From positions 10,788,001-10,852,000 of the forward strand of contig CM059448.1 of NCBI GenBank assembly GCA_030390025.1: DNA of 64,000 nucleotides. Reading direction: 5' to 3'. The stretch is from Squalus acanthias (Eukaryota). The notes beneath the pieces are model-generated. The model was not told the DNA's origin. It ran no database searches and saw only the letters and a list, made by a program, of their open reading frames with translations. Position numbers and translations under genes: made by a program. Each line of letters starts with the position of its first letter. The stretch's first letter is position 1. Of the stretch, positions 39,101-49,780 are shown in pieces.

Positions 39101-42100
39101 ATCAGCTGGGCAGTGCTTGCGTATCCCACCGGCGTAGTGAATTCGTGCGAGCTGTGGGATCACGTGACTCAGTTAGAGCCAATGGCAGCACACCATCTTC
39201 CATTCATAAGTTTCACATACGTGCTGTGAAAGCTATGAATCTTACACCCCCCCAAAATAACAGCTAAACCTCAATTAAATTTTTTTAAAAAACCATCACA
39301 TTAATAAAATAAGTATAGTTAAATAAATTAACCATTTTAAATAAAAAATTAAATTTTTGAAAAAATTTAAAATCTTTTAAAAAGTTATAAAAATAAACTT
39401 ACCTGTCTTTAAAGTCTCTAAAAAAGATATACCTGTTAAAAAAAATTCAAAAAAATACTTAATTCACTACTTACCTTGTTAAAAGTGGGTCTTACTCCTC
39501 CTTTTTCCATTTCTAAAATCTTCCGTCCTTAGCTGCGCGTCCAAAGCATGAAGTGCACAGCGTGCGCGCAGCCTGTAGCGCGCACGCGATGCACCGAGGA
39601 ACCGCCCCCTTTTCCAAAGACCAAGTGCCGGTTTTCAGCGCATGCGCAGGGCATGCAGAAAACCGGCAATTGGAGAGAGAATACGCGAGAGTACGCAGTG
39701 CGTACTCTTGCGCAGCGGGATCAATTTTTGGCCCAATAAGTAAATTGACTATAATCTTAGAGTGCTGAAAAAATATGTATTATGGACAATATTTGCCTTT
39801 CATGGAACCAGACTTATAAGGGAGGTTCACTAGACAGATAAGGGACCCGTGCACCACAATATCATCTCTTGAAATGGACAGTAACAGAAGGGGAGGGATG
39901 GCATGAGATTTGAGGAGATAGAGGACCTATCAGGGGAGAAAGGGGAGCTCCACAGGCTTGAATTGAAAGAAATGGTATAAGAAAGGGACACCAGCAGGGA
40001 TTAAGTGTAGAAGTTAACAAAGGAGGATTCAAGTAATTCTAGGGGACACTCAGAGGCTAAACAGGCCAGGAAGCACGGCTGGAGAGGTTGCAGATAACTC
40101 TTACCGTGACTTTTGCCCAAGGCATAAACGGGGTAGTATGACTCTTAATTATACCTTGTAAAGTGCTGCTCAAGATATAGTAATTGTGTTGATCCTTGCT
40201 TGTGCTGAATAAACATTTAATCACTGCCGCCAATACAGGTCAATGTCGAATCATTTGGAATCAAAGATCTCACAGAGAGATTCTTACACGATAGCAAAAT
40301 ACTGCAGATGCTGGAAATCCGAAATAACAACAGAAAACGCTGGAAAAACTCAGCAGGCCAGGCAGCATCCGTGGAGAGAGAAACAGAGTTGACGTTTCAG
40401 GTCGATGACCTTTCATCAGAACTGGGAAGAGCTGGAAATCAAATAGATTTAAGGCCAGGGTAAAGCTGGGAAAAGGGGGAGGGGATAAAGGAACAAAGGA
40501 GGAGATGAAGAGACATTAAGAGACATTAAGAGATATGCAAGGCTAGAGGTGGTGTTAATGTGACAGATTAAGGCTGAATGAAGTGTGAAATCTACTGGCA
40601 GAATGAAGGACAGCTGCCAGCTTCTAGGAGGAAAAAAAAGGTGGGGGGGACAAATAAAAGGGTGGATAAAATAAAATATAAATGTGATTGGAGCTGAGGT
40701 TATGATCTAAAATTGTTGAACTCGATATTGAGTCCAGAGGGCTGTAGCGTGCCTAAACGAAAGATGAGGTGCTGTTCTTACAAGAGATTCTTACACTCTG
40801 TCCGAACTTATACTGGGCTGGTTAGCTTCCTACTGGCATTAGAACGTTACCTTGAACTAACAGAGTGTCTGTACTGCCAATGGATGAATCTTCATCGTCA
40901 GTTTTTGTTTTACTGTTCTCAGCCTTCGGGCTATCGGGTGCTTCTATCTTCCTCATGAAGCTGGTTACGGTGAATCTGCCATTTCTGTGCTTTACAGACA
41001 CTGTGAACCATATGTCCTCACTGGACTCCTCACCCTGATGTGGCCAGGGCACGTGGATGCCAAAGGTAGAATGCCTGCTAATTTCACAATCCAATTCGTC
41101 AGGTTCCCCATCCACATACTGGAAAATGTCTAATGAAGACTCTGTAAATAAAAGGAAAGATTCACACACTAATTAGACAGCAAGTTAACAGAAGATGGTG
41201 CAGATGTCTTACATAAAGAAGGGTTCCAATACTAAACATGCAATCTCTCTGAGCCTCCTAAGTAGTAAGATTCTGCAAATTCTTCTGTTGTACCTTGTGA
41301 TTTAAAGAAAAACAACTCGGGCATTCATATATTGAAATATCACTCTTACAACCTGAGGTGTAACCTTTTAAACTGAAAATCTACCTCTCCCAATCAACTG
41401 CATCAACCATTACCAATTCCATTTGACCAGCTATTTTTAAAAGACTGACTTCGAACCAGTGCATTCTGACTCTCCCAAAAGACTTCTTCAAACTAATCAC
41501 TGGCAATTAAGTCCAATTTTTGACTGAAACAAGTTGCCCTTACTGAGCAATCCTCAGGCATGGAGGCGTGCATATAAATCTCTGTTACAATTTCAGATGT
41601 TGCACAGAACTGTTTTCTCTCTCAATGGATTCTTAGCCATACCTTGTCCTCTATGATCCAGAAAGAACTTGCATTTCTGTAGCGTCTTTCACGACCTCAG
41701 GACGTCTCAAAGCGCTTTGCAGCCAATGAAGTACTTTTGAAGTGGAATCACTGTTGTAATGTGGGAAACGCAACAGCCAATTTCTGTACAGCCAGGTCCC
41801 ATGAACAGCAATGTGAAAATGACCAGATAATCTGTTTTTGTTATGTTGGTTGCAGGAGAAATATCGGCCAAGACACCAGGGATAACTCCCCTGCTCTTCT
41901 TCAAAATAGTGCCATGGCATCTTTTACGTCCACCTGAGAGCGGACGGGGCCTCGGTTTAACTTATCAACTGAAAGACGGCACCTCCGACAGTGCAGCACT
42001 CCCTCAGCACTGCACTGGAGCGTCAGCCTGGATTTTGTGCTTAAGTCTCTGGAGTGGGACTTGAACCCACAACCTTCTGACTCAGAGGCGAGTGTGCGAC

Positions 42101-45100
42101 CCACTGAGAGCCACGCCTGACACACATACAGCTGACAGAAGCTGCACTCTTATTGATAATCTGTCCTTCACGTGACTTGAGAACAAACAACTACCCTTAC
42201 TTGCAGGATTTACTGGAGTTCTCCCCGGTGTCCTGGCCAATATTTATCCCTCAACCAAACATAACAAAAACAAACAGATTATCTGGTCATTATCACATTG
42301 CTGTTTGTGGGAGCTTGCTGTGCGCAAATTGGCTGCCACGATTCCCACATTACAACAGTGACTGCACTTCAAAAAGTACTTCATTGGCTGTAAAGTGCTT
42401 TGAGACGTCCGGTGGTCATGAAAGGCGCTATATAAATGCAAGTCTGTCTTTACCTGGAATGATAGCATTCTCTTTGGATTGGCAGAATATTAAAATACGG
42501 AGCAGAGCTTTAGCAGGCTAAGTAAAGCAACTCAGAATTTTTATTTATAATCAAATGGAAAGTGAAGCACAAATAGAATTTGGTAAATACTACTGAGTAT
42601 CAATATTAAACATAAATGTAATGAGCAAACTCCATAATGGGTTAATTATCCTCTTTTGGGAAATGTCTTTGGGGAAACAATAACCTCTGATTGATGAATT
42701 CTGCACCTTTCAGTCTCGGTCAGTTGCACTTGAATCACGATGAATACAGTGTAAGCCTCACATTACAGAGACACCACCATCTGACCAACTCTCAGAACTA
42801 AGAACAATTGGACGATAAAACCAATGCAGTATTTTAAACCCATTGGGGCACTGGAGCATCCATCCTCAGAAATCTCCACTGCTTCCTTCCCTGGCAAGAG
42901 CAAATAAAAGGACTTCCCAAACCATTTTGAACGATTACCCTGAGTATAGGAGGTGCTCGCCCCCGAGAATTAATTTACTGATGTGCTTGATCTGTTCACA
43001 CTACCTTTAACTTTAAAAGTAATGGCCTCCTCATTTGTATTGACATCACCAAAGAGCAGTAATGCCTTCCTCTTGATGGTTGTGGGCCCAAACACGTGAG
43101 TCTCTTCACTTTGTTTCTCTTCCAGAAACATGCAGTCCAACCTTCTGTATGGGACCACGTGTCCATTCTGTGCCCGCACAATTCCTTTAAAAAAAAAGGA
43201 AAAGAGGAGTCGAAAATAAAGCTTTTAACGCAGAATGCATACCATCACTCTGCACATTACAGTGAAGAAATTTCTCCTCATCTCAGGCTTAAATGGCCAA
43301 CCCCTTTATTCTGTGAATGTGACTCCGTGTACTAGATTCCCCAGCCAGGGGAAACATTTTCCCAGCATTAACCTTGTCAAGCCCCTTAAGAATTTTATAT
43401 GTTTCAATTAGATCACCTCTCATTCTTCTAAACTCTAAGGAATATAGGCCTAGTCTACTCAATCTCTCCTCATAAGGCAATCCCCTCAGGAACCAGTCCA
43501 GTGAACCTTCGCTGCACTCCCTCTAAGGCAAGTATGTCTTTCCTTAGGTAAGGAGACCAGAACTGTGCATAATACTCCAGGTGTGGCCTCACCAATGCCC
43601 TGTATAATTGTAGTAAGACTTCTTTACTCTTATACTCTAATCCCTTTGTAACAAAAGCTAACATACCATTTGCTTTCCTAATTGCTTGCTGAAAAATCTA
43701 GTAACTGTCATGGTCATTTTCCTAGTGCCAGCCCACAAATTACCCAATTTATTGAATTCCATTATCACAACTTGCTACAGTGGGATTGAACTCACAACCT
43801 CACGGTTACCAGTCTGGTACCATGTCCGTTAAGCTACTGTACCCACTGATAGTCCAAAACTAGGGGCCATGAGTATCAGACAGTCACCAATAAATCCAGC
43901 AGGGAATTCAGGAGGAATTTCTTTACCCAGAGAGAGTGGTGAGAATGTGGAACTCCCTACCACAGGGAGTGGTTGAAGTGAATAGTATAGATGCATTTAA
44001 GGGGAGGCTAGATAAGATTATGAGGGAGAAGGGAATAGAGGGTTACGCTGATAGATTTAGATGAGGAAAGACGGGAGGAGGCTGGAGTGGAGCATAAACG
44101 CCGGCATAGACCAGTTGGGGCAAATGGCCTGTTTCGGTGCTGTACCTTCTATTTAATTCTATGTAACACTAACTAATGTCAAGACCAATAGAAATACAAA
44201 GGAGAGCTCCCTCCAGTGGCTGACTGGTTAAATGCTCCCTTGTTATCATACTAAACCCAAGACCATAAAGTGCCTGGGCAGTAATTGGGATGATAAAACT
44301 ACCCTCAGAGTCTCTAAGATAGTGAGGAGAAAAATCAACAAGAGTTTCTGCTAATGATTGCTATCTATTGCTCCCGGGTGGACAGCAACAGGCTCAGCTG
44401 CACTGGTTAAATAGCCATCAATACTCTCTGTCTAGGCTCACATATAAAGAATGGGCATTTGGCAGATACCAGGAGGTTGCTGATGTCCATAGATCAATCC
44501 CCAGAAAGGAAGTCACCACCTTCAGGAGATTCAAGAAGAATTTGTAAAACTAAATAAGAAGGAATTGTTATTGGTAAACGTTGCATTTCCCACATTACAA
44601 CCAGGGACTTCACTTCAAAAGTATTTCATTGGCTGTAAAGCGCTTTGAGACGTCCGGTGGTCGTGAAAGGCGCTATAGAAATGCAAGTCTTTCTGTCTTT
44701 CTATCCATCATGCTGGAGTACGTTAGTACTGATGAATGGAGCATTTTCCTTTTTTTCAACCCATGGCTTCAACAAACACCCCCAGATGGGAAATGGAAGG
44801 CAAATGGTACGCTGGCCTTCATTACAAGAGGATTTGAGTACAGGAGTAAAGAAGTCTTACTCCAATTATATAGGACCTTGGTGAGACCATACCTGGAGTA
44901 CTGTGTACAATTTTGATCTCCTTACCTAAGGAAGGATATACTTGCCATAGAGGGAGTGCAACGAAGGTTCACGAGATTGATTCCTGGGATGGTGGGACTG
45001 CCGTACGAGAAGAGATTGAGTAAACTAGGCCTGTATTCTCTTGAATTCAAAAGAATGAGAGGGGATCTCAGTGAAGCATACAAAATTATTACAGGGCTTG

Positions 45101-46902
45101 ATAGGATGGATGCTGGGAGAATGTTTCCCTTGGCTGGGAAGTCTAGAGCCAGGGGCCACAGCCTCAGGATAAAGGGTAGGCCATTCAGGACTGAGATGAG
45201 AAGAAATTTCTTCACACAGAGGGTGGTGAATCTTTGGAATTCTCTACCCCAGAGGGCTGTGGAGGCTCAGTCATTGGGTATATTCAAAACAGAAGTCGAT
45301 AGATTTCTGACTAGTAAAGGCATCAAGGGATATGGCGATAGGGTCGGTGAATGGAATTGAGGCAGATCAGCCATGATCTCATTGAATGGCGGAGCAGGCT
45401 CGACGGGCCGAATGGCCTACTCCTGCTATTTCTTATGTTCTTATTAGATATAGCAATGAGTCAGAGGGAGATTAAAGCTCCCACGACATCGACCCAATAA
45501 AAAGGTTTATTCATAACCTCAGAAAAGCACAAGTGTAAAATTTCCATTCCCCACAGCAGCCAATCTCATGGGCCGCGATTTCGGCAACTGAGGCGGATCT
45601 GGGGCGGCCGGGGTCGGGAGCTCCTGACCCGCTGTCAATCTTTTCTATTTTGACAACTGACCCGCCTCCGATCCCGCCCTCTCAGCACCGGCAAAATTCC
45701 GGCCATGGATTCTCTGAGTGAAATTCCCAATTTAATCCTAAATTATGGTGAGTGCTCATGGCCAAATACATTTGCTCTAGGACCTTTATAGAAAGGAAAA
45801 AACTTTATCCCATCAATCTTCATTAGATTGGAACTCATTCTCTTAGAAAGTGTTTATGATTTTAATAGACAAAAGAACCTGCCTTGATATAACACCTCAT
45901 CACATTGCTCAGAAACACCCCCACTTTACCTCCTATGCAATGAACGGCTTCGAACCAATGTCATTATGTAGTCGCATGTTGCAGCAATTTTGCGCACAGC
46001 AAGATCTCACAAACAGCAATGAGGTGAATGACCAGATAATGACCAGTTTTTGGTGATGCTGGTTAAGGGATAAATGTTGGCTATGACATCAGGGAGAACT
46101 CTCTGTTCTTCTTTAAATAATACTGTGGGATCTTTAACATCTAGCTGAATCTCTGGAAGGGGGATAGTACATGAAAGTGAAGTTGAGGTTGAAGATCAGC
46201 CATGATCTTATTGAATGGCAGAGCAGGCTCGAGGGGTACTCCTACTCCCAATTTATGTTCTTATGATCTAAAGGAGTTTAGTTTTATTTCTCATGTAAAG
46301 CACAGCGCCTGTGACAGTGCAGCACTCCTGCAGCACTGCACTCTGGTGCCCCAGAGGGGATAGTACAACGCCACTGTGCCAAGCTGATCTAAAAATACCA
46401 AGGGAAATCTTTACAAACACGTTTACAAGGTCATAACACATAACAACCAGAAGATTTCTTACCCCATTGCCCCTTTTCTAATGCATTTTACGGGGAACAT
46501 TGTATGCGGGTTTCTAATCTCACCTCACCCGTGGAAAGGGGTGGGTCCCAAAGACCGTGTTATTCTCCCATCATTGACACCCGTGGGCCAATGGTGTTCT
46601 GACTTGCCCTTGATGAAGTGTTTTTATATTCAGTGTGGTTCTTTTGGAGGCTATCACTAGGAGCCTAATGGTGCACTTGTACTGCCCAAATCAACGCTTC
46701 ATTTTATCCTGTGCTTGCTCTATCTAGAAGGATCCCATGAGCATTTTTAGTTTCATTTTCAAAACATCCCTTCGGCGGCCGATTTCAAACACAAATACAA
46801 TCATTAAATAAATGTCAGTTCTGCTCCTTTAGCCTGGAAGCGTCTGATCGTCTTACCGGCAGCAAGAATCCAAAAATGCAAAAGGAATATCTTCAAAAAC
46901 AT
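27155..46902 (-). CDS. TAPBPL: Tapasin-family protein (tapasin-related/tapasin-like), complete spliced CDS of 8 exons, 1308 nt, 435 aa
   Basis: Exons 46902-46857, 43184-43005, 41141-40851, 38720-38382, 36249-35923, 31070-30978, 29171-29155 and 27169-27155 all have GT-AG boundaries and join in frame. Architecture is signal peptide/N domain/IgV/IgC1/TM/KKPY*. The motif DWRYQHKG matches tapasin EWRRQHLG and TAPBPR EWRLQHKG. The exact paralogue is not resolved, so the symbol is family-level. Confidence 0.9.
27978..28780 (+). mobile_element. CR1 LINE 3' fragment
   Basis: [25 protein letters not shown]. Confidence 0.88.
29155..29171 (-). CDS. TAPBPL: Tapasin-like exon 7, 17-nt cytoplasmic micro-exon (V)MEKNK
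   Basis: ccttttctttgcag|TCATGGAAAAAAACAAG|gtaaga; phase 1->0 bridges the TM exon to the last coding exon. Confidence 0.72.
30978..31070 (-). CDS. TAPBPL: Tapasin-like exon 6, transmembrane segment ([30 protein letters not shown])
   Basis: Strong acceptor tttttcttttaatcccgcag|, donor AAG|GTGAGT, 93 nt, phase 1-1, ~23-aa hydrophobic run. Confidence 0.9.
32223..32810 (+). mobile_element. tRNA-derived Deu-domain SINE (SacSINE1/AmnSINE1-like)
   Basis: A box TGGCTCAGTGG, core GAGGTGCCGTCTTTCAGATGAGACGTTAAACCGAGG, tail TATAAATGCAA-TCTTTCTT. Confidence 0.8.
34124..34866. mobile_element. MITE copy 2 (inverted relative to copies 1 and 3), in intron 5 of the tapasin-like gene
   Basis: Perfect 16-bp TIRs GGCCCAGAAATTGATC...GATCAATTTCTGGGCC, ATT/ATT TSD. 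Confidence 0.9.
35277..35842 (-). mobile_element. CR1 LINE 3' fragment
   Basis: ORF 35567..35773 [14 protein letters not shown]. Confidence 0.88.
35923..36249 (-). CDS. TAPBPL: Tapasin-like exon 5, IgC1 domain
   Basis: [17 protein letters not shown]...[10 protein letters not shown]...[10 protein letters not shown]; 327 nt, phase 1-1, ctttgtag|AG and AAG|GTAAGC. Confidence 0.95.
36711..37331 (-). mobile_element. CR1 LINE 3' fragment
   Basis: ORFs 37014..37361 and 36800..37063. Confidence 0.88.
38382..38720 (-). CDS. TAPBPL: Tapasin-like exon 4, IgV-like domain
   Basis: [25 protein letters not shown]; 339 nt, phase 1-1, ttgttag|TG and G|GTAAGA. Confidence 0.95.
38991..39734. mobile_element. 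MITE copy 3, in intron 3 of the tapasin-like gene
   Basis: Same TIRs, near-identical to copy 1, flanks ATT/AAT. Confidence 0.9.
40290..40782 (-). mobile_element. Penelope-like fragment with a 14-bp TSD
   Basis: Homologous to 13167-13600; AGAGATTCTTACAC duplicated at 40276-40289 and 40783-40796. Confidence 0.75.
40851..41141 (-). CDS. TAPBPL: Tapasin-like exon 3, N domain part 2 (LDCEISRH...VPWP...WFTVSV)
   Basis: Acceptor tatttacag|AG, donor AAG|GTAACG, 291 nt, phase 1-1; CEIS motif of the tapasin family. Confidence 0.9.
41661..42123 (-). mobile_element. Deu-domain SINE, full length
   Basis: B box GGTTCAAGTCC and the same core and tail. Confidence 0.82.
43005..43184 (-). CDS. TAPBPL: Tapasin-like exon 2, N domain part 1 (RLDCMFLEE...RKALLLF...ITFKVK)
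   Basis: Acceptor ttttttaaag|GA, donor AAG|GTAGTG, 180 nt, phase 1-1; resembles tapasin IECWFVED..RPGALLL. Confidence 0.88.
43262..43690 (-). mobile_element. CR1 LINE fragment
   Basis: ORFs 43470..43664 and 43289..43480. Confidence 0.85.
44795..45443 (+). mobile_element. CR1 LINE 3' fragment
   Basis: ORF 44956..45360; ttcttatgttctta tail. Confidence 0.88.
45571..45704. mobile_element. Short MITE
   Basis: TIR GGCCGCGATTT / AAATTCCGGCC, ATG/ATG flanks. Confidence 0.6.
46857..46902 (-). CDS. TAPBPL: Tapasin-like exon 1, signal peptide [15 protein letters not shown](G)
   Basis: ATG at 46902, hydrophobic 15-mer, donor G|GTAAGA in phase 1 matching exon 2; ISRE about 65 nt upstream. Confidence 0.88.
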
Positions 46903-46967
46903 TTTGTGTTTTCTTACTCTGCGCGCCGCTGCCCTGGATCCCTGCTGCTCGCAGGCTGGTCAGATAC

Positions 46968-47037
46968 ACTTTCGGTTTCGTGAATCCGATGCGGAAGTTT
47001 CTGGTAATTTTCAGTTTGAAGGAGCATCAGTTTCGGG
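46968..47037 (-). promoter_or_regulatory. Interferon-responsive proximal promoter of the tapasin-like gene: ISRE, Ets, GAS-like and IRF half-sites
   Basis: CGAAACCGAAAGT (46968-46980, minus) fits GAAANNGAAA; GCGGAAGT 46991-46998; TTCTGGTAA 46999-47007; AAACTGAAAA 47008-47017 (minus). Confidence 0.7.
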
Positions 47038-47239
47038 ATTGTCATTGTAGAGGGGAATGAAAGGCCGCTGGCAACTGGCCGCATCAGGGGGAGGGTTGGT
47101 GGGGGGATGGGGAAAGGTGAGGAGCTGGTGGCTAGGAGGAGAGGCGAGGGTTGGTGGAGAGTGGTGGTGGGAGATTGGAGGGAGATGGTGGGGGGAGAAA
47201 CTGAGGGGAGAGGAATGGGGGAACAATGAGGGGGGAAGA

Positions 47240-49780
47240 GGAGAGAGGAGGGCATGCTGGAGAGAGGGTGTCCTGGAGGGGTCAAGGATAGAATCTATAT
47301 GGCTAGAGTTAAGAAATAATAGAGGTGCCATTACACTACTAGGTGTATTCTATAGGCCACCAATTAGTGGGAAAAATATGGAGGAGCAAATTTGCAGAGA
47401 AATGCAAGAACTATAGAGTAGTGATAACAGGGGACTTCAACTATCCTAATACAGACTGGGATAGTAATAGTGTAAAGGTCAGAGAGGGGGAAGAATTTCT
47501 GGAGTGTGTTCAGGAGAACTTTCTTGATCAGTATGTTTCCGGCCCAACAAGGAAGGAGGCATTGCTGGATCTGGTTCTGGGGAATGAGGTGGGTCAAGTG
47601 GAGCAAGTGTCAGTAGGTGAACATTTAGGGAACAGTGATCATAGTACCATAAGGTTTAGATTAGCTGTGGAAAAGGACAGGGAGCAATCTAGAGTAAAAA
47701 TACTTAATTGGAGGAAGGCCAATTTCAGTGGGATGAGAACGGATCTGGCCCGGGTACAATGGGCTGCCTTTAAAGAGGAAATAGTTCGGGTACAGTCGAG
47801 GTACATTCCCACTAGGGGGAAAGGTAGGGCAACTAAAGTCAGAGCTCCCTGGATGATGATAGAGAGTAAGATGAAGCAGAAAAAGAGCATGTATGACAGA
47901 TGTCAGGTCGAGAATACATCTGAGAATCAGGCTAAATACAGAAAGTTCAGAGGAGAAGTGAAAAAGAAAAGAGGGGCAAAGAGAGGGTATGAGAATAGAA
48001 TGGCAGCTAACATAACAGGTAATCCAAAGGTCTTCTATACGCATATAAATAGTAAACGGGTAGTAAGAGGAGGAATGGGGCCTATTAGGGACCAAAAAGG
48101 AGACCCATGCATGGAGGCAGAGGGTATGGCTGAGGTGCTAAATGAGTACTTTGCATCTGTCTTCACCAAGGAAGAAGATGCTGCCATAGACATAGTGAAG
48201 GAGGAGGTAGAGGAGATACTGGATGGGATAAAAATTGATAAAGAGGGGGTACTAGAAAAGCTGTACTTAAAGTAGATAAGTCACCAGGACCAGATGGGAT
48301 GCATCCTAGGACGCTGAGGGAAGTGAAGGAAGAAATCACGGAGGCACTGGCCATAATCTTCCAATCCTCCTTAATGGGGGTGGTGCCAGAGGACTGGAGA
48401 ATTGCAAATGTTACACTCTTATTCAAAAAAGGGTGTAAAGATAAACCCAGTAACCACAGGCCAGCCAGTTTAACCTCGGTAGTGGGAAGCTTTTAGAAAC
48501 AATAATCAGGGACAAAATTAACAGTCACTTGGACAAGTGTGGAATAATTAAGGAAAGCCAGCACGGATCTGTTAAAGGCAAATCGTGTTTAACCAACTTG
48601 ATCGAGTTTTTTGATGAGGTATACATGGATTTCCAAAAGGCGTTCAACAAAGTGCCACATAATAGGCTTGCCAGCAAAGTTGAAGCCCATGGAATAAAAG
48701 GGACAGTGGCAGCATGGATATGAAATTGGCTAAGTGACAGGAAACAGAGAGTAGTGGTGAATGGTTGTTTTTCGGACTGGAGGAAGGTATACGGTGGTGT
48801 TCCCAGGGATTGGTTCTAGGACCACTGCTTTTCTTGATATATATTAATGACTTGGATGTGGGTGTACAGGGCACAATTTCAAAATTTGCAGATGACACAA
48901 AACTTGGAAGTATAGTGAACAGTGATGAGGATAGTGATAGAATTCAAGAGGACATAGATAGACAGGCTGGTGGAATGGGCGGACACGTGGCAGATGAAAT
49001 TTAACGCAGAAAAGTACGAAGTGATACATTTTGGTAGAAAGAATGATGAGAGGAAATATAAACTAAAGTGGGTGCATGAACAGAGAGACCTAGGGACATA
49101 TGTGCACAAATCGTTGAAGGTGGCAGGGCAGGTTGAGAAAGTGGTTAAAAAAGCATATGAGATCCTGGGCTTCATGAATAGAGGTATAGAGTACAAAAAG
49201 GTGGAAATTATGATGAACCTCTATAAAACACTGGTTCGGCCTCAACTGGAGTATTGTGTCCAATTCTGGGCACCGCACTTCAGGAAGGATGTGAAGGCCT
49301 TAGAGAGGGTGCAGAAAAGACTTACAAGAATGATTCCAGGAATGAGGGACTTCAGTTACGTGGATAGACTGGAGAAGCTGGGGTTGTTCTCCTTAGAGCA
49401 GAGAAGATTGAGGGAAGATTTGATAGAGATGTTTAAAATCATGAGGGGTCTGGACAGAATAGATAGAAACTGTTCCCATTGGCGGAAGGGTCGAGAACCA
49501 GAGGACACAGATTTAGGGTGATTGGCAGAAGAACCAAAGGCGACATGAGGAAAAATATTTTTACTTAGCGAGTGGTTAGGATCTGGAATGCAATGCCTGA
49601 GAGGGTGGTGGAGGCAGACTCAATCACGGCTTTCAAAAGGGAGTTGGATAAGTACCTGAAGGGAAAAAAATTTGCAGGGCTACGGGGGAGTGGGACTAGC
49701 TGAAGTGCTCTTGCGGAGAGCCGGCACAGGCTCGACGGGCCGAATGGCCTTCTTCCGTCCTGTAACCATTCTATGATTCT
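47240..49780 (+). mobile_element. 5'-truncated CR1 LINE (part of the APE endonuclease plus RT), frameshifted
   Basis: [40 protein letters not shown] motifs across broken ORFs 47343-49521; attctatg-type tail. Confidence 0.93.

Noticed and set aside
47343-49521. 310-aa and 183-aa ORFs as a host gene or an active LINE
   Set aside because: They are CR1 ORF2 fragments, 5'-truncated with several frameshifts and stops
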